Below, piece by piece: positions 1 through 9,479 of a stretch of DNA of 64,000 nucleotides. Made by a program: the position numbers and the translations under genes. The notes beneath the pieces are model-generated. The model had not been told where the DNA came from. It did not search any database and worked only from the letters and a program-made list of their open reading frames with translations. Each line of letters opens with the position of its first letter. The first letter of the stretch is position 1. Source of the DNA: Candidatus Poribacteria bacterium (GTDB taxonomy: Bacteria; Poribacteria; WGA-4E; WGA-3G); assembly GCA_965215265.1 (NCBI GenBank), contig OZ244048.1, forward strand, positions 1,183,121 through 1,247,120. Reading direction: 5' to 3'.

Positions 1-712
1 ATATCAATCCTTCTCAAACCCGGCACCAATGTTTGTTCAATATTCCTTAAAAAATCTTCCGACATCTGATCCACGTGTCGAAAACGCTTAGTTTCCAATC
101 TGTCGCGTAGTCCACGTAGTTCAATTGTTTGGTTCCTAATCTGTTCAAGTTCGTATATAGCTCTCCAAGGTTGCTGGCGTTGAGCGGCAATAATAGCGTG
201 TCTGATATAGTGCAAGATTACGCTGAGTCTGGAACGATAGACTTCTTCCAGATTTGGCCCTGGTCTGTTCTTCCAGCTTGCCTGCATAATGCTCTCAATC
301 CTTCCTGAACGATCGAATACAGTTTTCCAACGTTTTCTTTTCGCGTGGAGCTCATCTAAAGAGAGGAAACAGAGATCAATTTCCAGAAAGTTCTCAAGGA
401 GAAAAACCCAAAGATAGACGTTAACTGCTCTGACAGACTCAAGCGAATGAAATATGGGTAGCATTTCACGAATCTTTACACCCCATTCTTGGAAAGCAGG
501 TCTGACATCGTCAGCCAAGGTTGTAACTGCACATAAATCTATATCGGAGTAAACATCCTCAAAACCTTCTGCACCAGATCCGACAACCACGAGCCCCGCG
601 ACACGATTATCATTTCGTAGGGCAGCTACGAGACGATTAAGGATTTCATCGCGTTCGATAGGTGAAAAATGAGGGAAGTGCTCGATGCCTGCTTGATACG
701 TACGTTCTGTCA
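1..712 (-). CDS. Nucleotidyltransferase-domain protein (ANT/AadA-like adenylyltransferase fold), truncated by the window edge
   Basis: Minus-strand translation from ATG (complement of 710-712) gives MTERTYQAGIEHF...LVVVGSGAEGFEDVYSDIDLCAV, a pol-beta-type NTase motif (GS...D.D) like aminoglycoside adenylyltransferases. The ORF runs off the window start. Confidence 0.5.
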
Positions 713-799
713 TAGTATTCCTGAATTTGCGAATTTTGGTTAAAGAATAGCGCGAGAACTGGTTGAATCCTCATCCTCTTCCAGCTGTACCGTCAAAAA

Positions 800-2932
800 T
801 TAAAACAGAGTTGTTTTCAATAGATGCGCGACTTTGATGAACACAATTCGTTCAGTCTCTCCGTCCACGTATCTATTATCGTTGTAAACGATGAAGAAGT
901 TGCTCTCAGGTAGGTACTCGTAAGCGAAAAGCACAAAGACTCGACGCTCCTTTTTTAGTGTGAATTCTGCGCTTCCCCTCGCAAACATCCGCTGCGCGAA
1001 TTGATAATTCACGATAAATCGGCGCGTCCATTCCGAGAGTCCCCATTCGGTATCAGCCGGTTCCCTCTCATGTAGACGTTGTAGAATGAATTCGAAACTG
1101 AGTTTCGGGGTTGGACGAATCGTAATTTCGGGACGAAGAAAGAACGTGTCTCTATTATCTCGCACACCGAAAGTCCCTGTGTTGCGAATTTGGACATATT
1201 TTGGGGGAAACCACCCAGCGAAGAAGCGGACGGTTCTGTCCGTAAACGGTTGATTTTCATCGTCGACGTGATAATACCATTCCGGGCCGAGTAAAAAAAA
1301 GAAGTTTTTAACGCCGAGGAGTCCGCTAAACCCGGCGCGATGGTTCGTCAACTCCCCTGCATGGTTTTCAAGCCGTTCATACTTTACCTCGCCGCGCAGC
1401 CTTTCAACTGCTCCTTCATATTGCTTATTATAACGCGTTTCCAAGACAAACCCACGCCGATCTATGCGGGGGATAAACCCTGTTTCTGGATTAAAGTCTT
1501 CACCGATGTCCGCGTAAATCGCATCAAATGAAAACACATTTGTCCGCCGGGCGAGTTGGACAAAAACAAGGTCGTCTGCAACGTTTTCTGGTCTGTTATA
1601 GGCACCTGCTTTCCATTCCCTAGCGTACTCCAGATTAAGATTCATCGCGGCGGGCAGCTGAACCCGGGCATCCACGCCGCCGGCTCTGTCGTAGGTTGTG
1701 CCCCGCTGCTTGTTAACGCCTAACATCCCAATAGATGAGGTTTTTCCGAGCTCCCGTTGCAAGCGCAGCACAGTATAGTTATAGTTATTCAGAGGTAGTT
1801 CGCCTTCCTCAATTTCTTGCTCTTCATCCTCAGGTCCGGCGATGGCACTCATCAAGGCAATATTGTACCGGTTCATCTTTCCGATGACCTTTCCACCAGC
1901 GATTAGATCTTCAACCTGGCGACTGTAAAACAGATCGAGAGGCATTTGAAAGAGTTCATTACCTTCCAAGAAGAAAGGTCTTTTTTCTGGGAATCGGAGC
2001 GGAATGTCGCTTAAATTGACTAGGTCTGGATCTGCTTCAATTTGCGCGAAGTCTGGGTTTAGCGTCACATCCACCGTGAAATCGGCAATAGGATACCTGA
2101 TGTCTAATCCTGTATCTGCCTTCATTTCCACGGCTTGATTTCCGATTTTTTGGGGTTTCAAAGTGCTATACGGTTTGAATTTGAGAGGTCGCTTCGTGTC
2201 CAATTCGGTGAGTGGAAGATTGGTAAGATGCCCAAATTTTGAGACAGCGTACTGGCGTTCACCCAGATCTGCCCATGTCTGTTCTTCGCCGCGTGCCTCA
2301 TCGTTTCGCCAAAAGTTAATCCCCCAGGTTGCGACTGCTTTCTCCTTTGAAAATCGGAGTTCTGCGAACGGTATCGCAAATTCTGCGATCCATCTGTCAT
2401 CTTGCTTTCCAGCTTGTCCCTTCCAGTTGCAGTCCCACGAGATCGCAGTCCCAATCTGAGATGAGCCGGTGCGCCTATTTGTGCCCTCATTAGTGAGGCG
2501 CCGATCGGTTTGCGTACCGAGTGGATTTAAGGCGAAAGCATAGCAGTTCCGGTTATCCAAGAATGTATCGATTAAAACCTCTACGTGATCATCAGAAAAG
2601 AAGAAGGAATCACGCCGCGTCTGATTCGCAGCAAGCACATTCATATCTACCTTAAAACATTCAAAAGCAACGTACAGGTTGTGGGTATCATAAGCAACGT
2701 AAACATTGGTTGGCTGACTTGCTGGTTCACCCCGCTGCGGCTCAAATTGAATAAATTCTCCCGTGCGAGCGCAGCTTCCTTGTTCGTCTTGCCAACAAGC
2801 ATCGTCTAATTTCCCATCAATTTGAGGTGGCGTTTTTATTAGAACCGCTTTAATCTGTCGAATAGCGTCGGCTTTTTCTGGCACTATCGCACAGCAACAG
2901 AGGATTCCGAAAAATATTAGCAAAATTCTCAT
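800..2932 (-). CDS. Secreted CBM9-like/DUF5916-type protein (710 aa)
   Basis: Signal peptide MRILLIFFGILCCCAIVP. The N-terminal IKTPPQIDGKLDDACWQ motif is typical of CBM9-like domains that precede DUF5916. Confidence 0.45.
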   Translation of the reverse strand: MRILLIFFGILCCCAIVPEKADAIRQIKAVLIKTPPQIDGKLDDACWQDEQGSCARTGEFIQFEPQRGEPASQPTNVYVAYDTHNLYVAFECFKVDMNVLAANQTRRDSFFFSDDHVEVLIDTFLDNRNCYAFALNPLGTQTDRRLTNEGTNRRTGSSQIGTAISWDCNWKGQAGKQDDRWIAEFAIPFAELRFSKEKAVATWGINFWRNDEARGEEQTWADLGERQYAVSKFGHLTNLPLTELDTKRPLKFKPYSTLKPQKIGNQAVEMKADTGLDIRYPIADFTVDVTLNPDFAQIEADPDLVNLSDIPLRFPEKRPFFLEGNELFQMPLDLFYSRQVEDLIAGGKVIGKMNRYNIALMSAIAGPEDEEQEIEEGELPLNNYNYTVLRLQRELGKTSSIGMLGVNKQRGTTYDRAGGVDARVQLPAAMNLNLEYAREWKAGAYNRPENVADDLVFVQLARRTNVFSFDAIYADIGEDFNPETGFIPRIDRRGFVLETRYNKQYEGAVERLRGEVKYERLENHAGELTNHRAGFSGLLGVKNFFFLLGPEWYYHVDDENQPFTDRTVRFFAGWFPPKYVQIRNTGTFGVRDNRDTFFLRPEITIRPTPKLSFEFILQRLHEREPADTEWGLSEWTRRFIVNYQFAQRMFARGSAEFTLKKERRVFVLFAYEYLPESNFFIVYNDNRYVDGETERIVFIKVAHLLKTTLF

Positions 2933-3289
2933 GGATTTTTGGTGGGTCGCTCCTTTTATTGGCGCAGTGTAAAAGGTTATCTCATACCAACTGAACGGAT
3001 TTGCGTTGTTTCGCCCCGGTACTCTTTACCTACAGCAAAAACTCGTAATCCGGTCGAGATGTTTGCGCCACGAACATCTTTTGTATAACTGATTTCATCA
3101 TATCGCATATTCTGTTTTTTGTCAATGACGTTGAAAAATGAGAGCGGATATGTTAAACTTTAATGCATGCTTATCATACCTAACAAAGCAATTTAGTCTA
3201 TGTAAACCGATCAGAAGGATTGACGTTAAAAGATACGTTAAAATTGTATTCAAAAAGGAGGGCGCGCGGCAAATTAGCCATCAGCGCGC

Positions 3290-4408
3290 TTGTTCATGAC
3301 AAAATTTTTCGTTTCGCTCTGCTTTTTAGCAACACTTTTCCCATCTACACTTTGGGCTGGCCCAGGGCGAACAGGTGCACAAATCCTGAGTTTGGGCGGT
3401 GGCGCACGTGCAAGAGCGTTAGGAGACGCATTTTCCGCAATGTCCGGGGATGTCACGATGTCGCTTTGGAATCCCAGTGGATTGGCGAATATGCCGGAGA
3501 GTAAAGTACGTTCTGGCAAAAAAGCATCGCAAGCATCCATGTTTTATACCGATTATAGCAGCCTATTCGGTGAGGCCGGTGAGGGGTTGTACTACACCTT
3601 TGTCTCTGGCGCGATGCCTATGGGGGATATCGGAACCATTGGAGCAACCCTCCAAATGCAGGGGCAAGGCACGATTGCTGTAACCACGGATTCCCCAGAT
3701 GTCGTTCGCGAGGAGAGCCTCGGCACAAACTGGGCACTCACATTCTCCTATGCTGACCGGGTTACCGAAAATTTGGCGGCAGGTGTCAACGGCAAAATGA
3801 TCCGAATGGTCCTCGGGAGGGAAAGTGGCAGCTCTTATGCCGTTGATCTCGGCATGCAATACCTATTTCCGTTAGAGTTTGTTCCGATAACCCTTGGCAC
3901 GACGATTCAGAACATTGGGCCGGGGATCTCTTTTATTGATGAAAACCAGACAGACCCCTTGCCTCGACTGATGCGGATTGGCACGGCAATAAGCCTTTAC
4001 CGGGATCGATATAACCACTTCCGTTTTGTAAGCGGTATCACCGCCTATATCGACAAACTAAGAGAAAATCAAGCCGAATTAGAAGCAGACTTGGAACGGC
4101 TTAACGCGGAAAGAGAAGAGAAACTGACACGCGAACAACTTCTCTCCGATCGAGGAGTCGGGCTCCGCGCGTTTGAGTGGAGGCACCTCCAAAAGAACCT
4201 TGGCTTAGAATATTGGCTCGGAAAAATATTGGCACTCCGTGTCGGCTACAAATCGGAACCCGGCATTAACCTACCTGAGCTGGCGGATCACTTTACCTAC
4301 GGCATAGGTGTCCAAGTATACCTATTTAATCTCGATTTGACGTTTGGACCGCGGTTTGGACCTAGCCGGGAGCGGCTCCTTGAAGCTACTGGCATAGTCA
4401 TTTTCTAA
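3290..4408 (+). CDS. Outer-membrane beta-barrel protein, UPF0164/PorV-like (possibly T9SS-associated)
   Basis: Signal peptide, GGGARARALGDAFSA...WNPSGLA N-terminal signature and beta-strand-rich C-terminus. An internal coiled-coil insert is present. Confidence 0.4.
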   Translation: MFMTKFFVSLCFLATLFPSTLWAGPGRTGAQILSLGGGARARALGDAFSAMSGDVTMSLWNPSGLANMPESKVRSGKKASQASMFYTDYSSLFGEAGEGLYYTFVSGAMPMGDIGTIGATLQMQGQGTIAVTTDSPDVVREESLGTNWALTFSYADRVTENLAAGVNGKMIRMVLGRESGSSYAVDLGMQYLFPLEFVPITLGTTIQNIGPGISFIDENQTDPLPRLMRIGTAISLYRDRYNHFRFVSGITAYIDKLRENQAELEADLERLNAEREEKLTREQLLSDRGVGLRAFEWRHLQKNLGLEYWLGKILALRVGYKSEPGINLPELADHFTYGIGVQVYLFNLDLTFGPRFGPSRERLLEATGIVIF

Positions 4409-4423
4409 GGGAGTACGCTAAAA

Positions 4424-5317
4424 ATGAGCATCCAAAATTTTTCCAGCACACTGTTGAATCGCTTAGCACTCCCGATATTAGTGGCCATTATCAGTCTCTA
4501 TACGGGTTTATGCATCGCATCTGAAAACATAGAGGCAGCGCCGTTTTCCATCAAGCGTATACAGCAGGATCCTCTGGGTGTGGAGCCGGAAGGCTTATCT
4601 CGTCAGAACGAGCTTAGCGATTATCTACCTACAGCATTCTATCTGGAATCCGCCCTCGGAAATAGAACATTGGAAACAGTCCCAGAAATGCCGGTTATGA
4701 AATCCCCCAATGAGGCGTTCCTCTATTCCCTCGTAATTCCCGGAGCAGGACAGTTCTATACCGGTATGAAACGTGGATACCTCTATGCAGCCGCGGAGGT
4801 CGGATTTCTCGCTACTTACTTTATTCTTCGCAACAGTGCGGTCAACACTCGCGACGAATATCGCGATGTGGTAAGGGAAAACGTTATCTTTGACGGTCCC
4901 GGCTCTTTTGAAAATTGGGACCCTATTGAGGACTTTGAGCACGCTACGCAATACGAAACCTGGAATCACGTCTATGATTCTGAAGAGACCCGGGCCCGTA
5001 CCGGAAAATGGTACTGGAAAGACCTTGACCCAACAAGAAAGGATGAAGAAGATATCAATATTGAGTTTGATTCAAAACACCGGCTCCAGGCGTTCGAATT
5101 GAGACAAGAAGCGAATGACACCTTTGAACGTGCCAAGACCGTCTTAGGTTTAGTGATTTTGAACCATGTTATCAGTGCAATCGATGCACGCCTCTCGGCG
5201 AAAGCCTGGAATCGCGTAACACAAGCGCGTGCTTCCAACACGTTTGAATTTGACATGCAAACGAGCCTTTCACCCGGCAACGTCGGAGGTCTGTTGGTTG
5301 TAAGAAAAAGGTTCTAA
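4424..5317 (+). CDS. Hypothetical secreted/membrane protein
   Basis: 297-aa ORF with N-terminal hydrophobic segment and an IPGAGQFYTG motif. Tightly spaced after the preceding gene. Confidence 0.35.
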   Translation: MSIQNFSSTLLNRLALPILVAIISLYTGLCIASENIEAAPFSIKRIQQDPLGVEPEGLSRQNELSDYLPTAFYLESALGNRTLETVPEMPVMKSPNEAFLYSLVIPGAGQFYTGMKRGYLYAAAEVGFLATYFILRNSAVNTRDEYRDVVRENVIFDGPGSFENWDPIEDFEHATQYETWNHVYDSEETRARTGKWYWKDLDPTRKDEEDINIEFDSKHRLQAFELRQEANDTFERAKTVLGLVILNHVISAIDARLSAKAWNRVTQARASNTFEFDMQTSLSPGNVGGLLVVRKRF

Positions 5318-5338
5318 AGCCGGAAAACGGAGAAATCT

Positions 5339-6277
5339 ATGCCGATTGAGACACAAACACTCTTAGACGTTTTAAATTCAGTCACAGCCATCCCCGTCAT
5401 CCCTTTCAATGGAGAGAAAATCGATTACATTGGGCACGCCAAGAACGTTGACTATTTAATGCGGAACAACTATCTCGAAAATGGACGGAAGCGGGTTATC
5501 GCAATTGCCGGAACAAGCCTCATCCACCATATCAGCGAAACGGAGCAACTCCGGCTGATAGACAAAACTGGAAGACAAATCGCAGATGATGGCGTGCTGA
5601 TATCCGGAATTGTCCCGAATCCGATTAAACAAGCCGGGCAGCTCATTGAAGCACAAGCAGAACTCCAGCGTCCACCAGATGCATACCTACTGATGCCTTT
5701 AACCGGAATCTCCAGTCCACAAGGTGTTTATGAACAGTACATGAAATTTGGGGAAGTATATGGCACTGCATGTGATGCCCGGTTTATCTACTATTTTCGT
5801 CAAAAGCGGGAGAGGGCGGCGGTGATTCGTCTGCTGAACGATTCTCCGCACTTTATCGGTGTAAAAATCGGCACAGATGAACAAGACGTGAAACCTCTGG
5901 TTGAAGGCATCGGCGATAACGGCTTAGTCATGTGGGGCATCGGCGATCGATGCACACGTCCCGCGCAGCGCGGAACAAAAGGACATACCTCCGGAATTGC
6001 GGTTGCGTTTGCCCGGGCTTCAGATGAAATCAATAACGCCCAACGCAGCGGTGATTACAAGACATCTGCACAAATTGAGTCTGATATTGCTGCCTTTGAA
6101 GAAATCCGGTTTAGGAACGAACGGATTTATAATTATGCAGCCGTTGTCGAGGCGATGATTCTGAGCGGCTTTAACGATATTGAAGGCGGCACCGGAGGCC
6201 CCTTCAACCCACGTGTGCCAACAGACATTCAAGAACAGGTTCGCACAGCAACTCAAAAACTAAAAAAATATCATTAA
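5339..6277 (+). CDS. Dihydrodipicolinate synthase/N-acetylneuraminate lyase family aldolase
   Basis: Matches the DHDPS family pattern: TAIPVIPF..GEKIDY, AGTS..SETEQL, and a putative Schiff-base Lys in IGVKIG. Confidence 0.55.
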   Translation: MPIETQTLLDVLNSVTAIPVIPFNGEKIDYIGHAKNVDYLMRNNYLENGRKRVIAIAGTSLIHHISETEQLRLIDKTGRQIADDGVLISGIVPNPIKQAGQLIEAQAELQRPPDAYLLMPLTGISSPQGVYEQYMKFGEVYGTACDARFIYYFRQKRERAAVIRLLNDSPHFIGVKIGTDEQDVKPLVEGIGDNGLVMWGIGDRCTRPAQRGTKGHTSGIAVAFARASDEINNAQRSGDYKTSAQIESDIAAFEEIRFRNERIYNYAAVVEAMILSGFNDIEGGTGGPFNPRVPTDIQEQVRTATQKLKKYH

Positions 6278-6426
6278 TTTGTCTCCAGAATCAATAAGGT
6301 TCATTTGCCTAGAATACCCGTGGCTCCATCGCCCATCAGCAGCTAATAAACATATTGCAGCGTTGGCATGGAAGGAGAGGAGTAGCACTTCAAATTTCGT
6401 CTCGGATTTGACTTCTTCGGAACATT

Positions 6427-7653
6427 TTGTGTATAATTCATGTTAAGGAGATTTCGTCTTTACAATATGCAAAACGGCGAAGCGAAAGCAAGGTGGCAGG
6501 CGGCACCCCAGCACAAACGAACCGAACAATGACAAAAGAAACCGAGTTTTTTACAGCTTTCAATATACCTATCGGACAGTTTCCCGACCGGAGTGCCCGG
6601 TTCTTGCTGGAGAACAAGCACAATGTCCGGGGACTTTTAGAAATTATTGCCGCACCTCTCGTACCGCAGCTAGATTTCGATAGACTTGTACAACTTAACC
6701 GCAGCTTCCTCCCTGCCAATTTACGCGAGCAGGAGTCAGACCTCGTCTATCGCGTGCCGTTTCAGAACGCAACCAAACAGGAAGAGCTGCTCATCTATAT
6801 CCTCATTGAACATCAATCCACCGTGGATGTAAGCATGGCATTTCGGATACTGTTTTATATGATGCAGATTTGGGATGGCCAGCGCCGCCAATGGGAAGCA
6901 GAAAACGTGCCGAAAGGCCAGTGGAAATTCCGCCCAATTCTGCCTATTGTATTTTACACCGGGGACCGGCACTGGAAGCAACCTTTAACTCTGCAGTCCT
7001 TGATGGATGTTCCCGAAGAACTTAAGCGGTTCGTGCCACAATTCGATACCTTGTTTCTTAGTGTGAAAGAGAGCGACGCGGCAAGGTTGACTGAAACAAA
7101 CCATCCGTTCGGGTGGCTACTGAGCGTGCTGCAAAAGGAACACGCACCCAAAGAGGAGTTGCGGACGGTGTTGCTTGCTGCACTGCGCTCTCTGAATACT
7201 TTGGATAACACGGCACACTCGCAGTGGCGGCAAGCAATTTGGTATTTACAGTTATTAATATTCCATCGTCGTCAACCGGATGAACAAGAAGAGTTAATAA
7301 AGTTACTCTCAGAAAATATAGAAGATTTTACCCGTAAAGAGGAGGAAAAAATCATGGCACAGACTATAGCAGAATATCTTAGGGACCAAGGCATTGCAAT
7401 TGGAGAGTCGCGTGGCAGGGAAGAAGGGGAAGCACGTGGCAGAGAAGAAGGGGAAGCGCACGGCAAAACGCAAGCGAAACAAGAGGCTATCCTCAAACTG
7501 CTCGAACTCCGATTTCAGCAGGTGCCCGAAACGGTGAACCGGACCATCACCGAAATCCAGGAACTTTCGCACTTGGACGTGTTATTTGAGAAGGTAGCGA
7601 CTGCACAATCCCTTGACGAAATACAATGGAATGGCAACCCTAATGTAGAATAG
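6427..7653 (+). CDS. Rpn-family (YhgA-like) recombination-promoting nuclease/putative transposase
   Basis: PD-(D/E)XK-type core (LIYILIEHQS). The C-terminal region with REEGEARGREEGEAHG repeats and DUF4351-like tail is typical of Rpn/Transposase_31 proteins. Confidence 0.7.
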   Translation: MCIIHVKEISSLQYAKRRSESKVAGGTPAQTNRTMTKETEFFTAFNIPIGQFPDRSARFLLENKHNVRGLLEIIAAPLVPQLDFDRLVQLNRSFLPANLREQESDLVYRVPFQNATKQEELLIYILIEHQSTVDVSMAFRILFYMMQIWDGQRRQWEAENVPKGQWKFRPILPIVFYTGDRHWKQPLTLQSLMDVPEELKRFVPQFDTLFLSVKESDAARLTETNHPFGWLLSVLQKEHAPKEELRTVLLAALRSLNTLDNTAHSQWRQAIWYLQLLIFHRRQPDEQEELIKLLSENIEDFTRKEEEKIMAQTIAEYLRDQGIAIGESRGREEGEARGREEGEAHGKTQAKQEAILKLLELRFQQVPETVNRTITEIQELSHLDVLFEKVATAQSLDEIQWNGNPNVE

Positions 7654-7728
7654 TGGCGGTGCAATTGTCTAAATCAGGATTTTAAGATTTTCAATTCAAG
7701 AACTGCGTGGTATACCCCCGACAAAAAT

Positions 7729-9444
7729 ATGTCCTATGACAGTTTAACTCTCTTTCTCGTTACAAATGAATTGCGTCAGACCCTTTTGGGCGGCACCATT
7801 CGACACATTGAACAAGCGAATCCGACGACCTTTTTGTTCAAGGCTGTACACGCCGGCAAAACGGACTGGTTCACTCTCTCAGCACATTCTGTGCATGCCC
7901 GCACGCATCTCATTCCGAAGCCTCCACCAGGACAGAAACAGTCATACTTCGCAGACTTTCTGACAACGCATCTCAAAGGCGGAAGGATCACAGCAGTCGA
8001 GCAGCTCGGATGGGACCGTATCTTAAAAATAACGATCCAGCCTATATCTGATGAGCAGATCCAGCCGACACCCAAAGCAGTGATTGCCGAATTAATGGGG
8101 AAACATAGCAACATTATCTTAATTGACGCAACCACCGATCGGATTTTGGAATGTCTCAAACATATTGACGAAAGTGTGAGCCGGCACCGAGAGGTTTTGC
8201 CCGGTGAATCCTACTGTTTGCCACCACAACAAGAGAAAGCAGATCCATTGGAACTGAATGAAGCAGGTTTTAAAGCTCTGCTTGAAAGCGAACCCCGTGT
8301 GACATGGCGTTCGCTGTTTAGCAAAATCGATGGACTCAGTCCAACCCTTTCAAAGGAAATCGTCGCACGGGCGGAGGAGGTACCCTTATGGGAAGCGTAT
8401 CGGCAGGTTATCGCTTATTTTCAATCTAAGCCTGCCGCACCGCACATCCGCTTTGATGGCAAAAATCCCGTGGCTGTATCTCCGATGCCGTTGCGACATC
8501 TTTCGGCTGCGGGCCAACGAGAAACATTTGATACTATGAGTCAGGCACTTAGTGCCTACTACGATGCAATTACTCTGAAGGAAACCGTCGCATCAGAACA
8601 ACGGGCCCTTACGCAAGCATTGGACAAACAGCGGAAGCTACTCAACCGAAAAATGAACGGACTTCGCGAAGATTTAGCACGTGCCGAAAAAGCCGAGGAT
8701 TATCGGATTCTGGGAGAACTGCTGCTCGCCAATCTGCACAATATCAAACGCGGGCAAAAACAGGTCGAATTGCAAAACTACTATACTCCAGACTTGGAGA
8801 ACTTGACGATTTCGCTTAATCCTGAACAGAGTCCCTCTGATAACGCGCAAGCGTATTTCAAGAAGTACACCAAAGCGAAGCGCGGACGTTCACGTATCCA
8901 GCAGCAACTCGCAAATACAGACGCGGAGCAAGAGGTACTACAACTGTATATCTCCAAACTCACATCAGCAGATACGCCGGACATGCTCCAACGGCTTCGT
9001 GCAGAATGCATTGAAAACGGATATATAAAAGCGCAGCGGCGTAAAAATCAGAAACGAAACGTCAGCGAAGGGCTCTTCCGAAAGTATACCTCTACCAACG
9101 GGTTTCAGATCTACGTTGGCAAAAACAGCCAATCCAACGATCTGCTCCTGCGTCAGATTGCGAAACCGCGCGATATGTGGCTACACGCCAAACAGATTCA
9201 CGGATCCCACGTCATCATCCGTAATCCCGAAAACCGGCCCGACATTCCGATGCCCACGTTGTTGCAAGCAGCGCAGCTCGCTGCCTATTTCAGCAAGGCA
9301 CACCACGCTAGCCATGTCCCTGTTGACTATACCTGGGCACGTTATGTAGTTAAACGCAAAGGCAACGTCGCCGGGTACGTCCACTACACGCATGAAAAGA
9401 CGTTATATGTGGAGCCTGCCTTGCCGTCATCAAACGGAGATTAG
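7729..9444 (+). CDS. rqcH: RqcH/NFACT-family ribosome quality control protein (FbpA-like)
   Basis: N-terminal NFACT-N, central coiled coil, C-terminal NFACT-R/DUF814 (GFQIYVGKNSQSNDLL...HGSHVII). Confidence 0.8.
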   Translation: MSYDSLTLFLVTNELRQTLLGGTIRHIEQANPTTFLFKAVHAGKTDWFTLSAHSVHARTHLIPKPPPGQKQSYFADFLTTHLKGGRITAVEQLGWDRILKITIQPISDEQIQPTPKAVIAELMGKHSNIILIDATTDRILECLKHIDESVSRHREVLPGESYCLPPQQEKADPLELNEAGFKALLESEPRVTWRSLFSKIDGLSPTLSKEIVARAEEVPLWEAYRQVIAYFQSKPAAPHIRFDGKNPVAVSPMPLRHLSAAGQRETFDTMSQALSAYYDAITLKETVASEQRALTQALDKQRKLLNRKMNGLREDLARAEKAEDYRILGELLLANLHNIKRGQKQVELQNYYTPDLENLTISLNPEQSPSDNAQAYFKKYTKAKRGRSRIQQQLANTDAEQEVLQLYISKLTSADTPDMLQRLRAECIENGYIKAQRRKNQKRNVSEGLFRKYTSTNGFQIYVGKNSQSNDLLLRQIAKPRDMWLHAKQIHGSHVIIRNPENRPDIPMPTLLQAAQLAAYFSKAHHASHVPVDYTWARYVVKRKGNVAGYVHYTHEKTLYVEPALPSSNGD

Positions 9445-9479
9445 AAAATGCCATTTTCGAAAACAATAGAGGAAAATTA

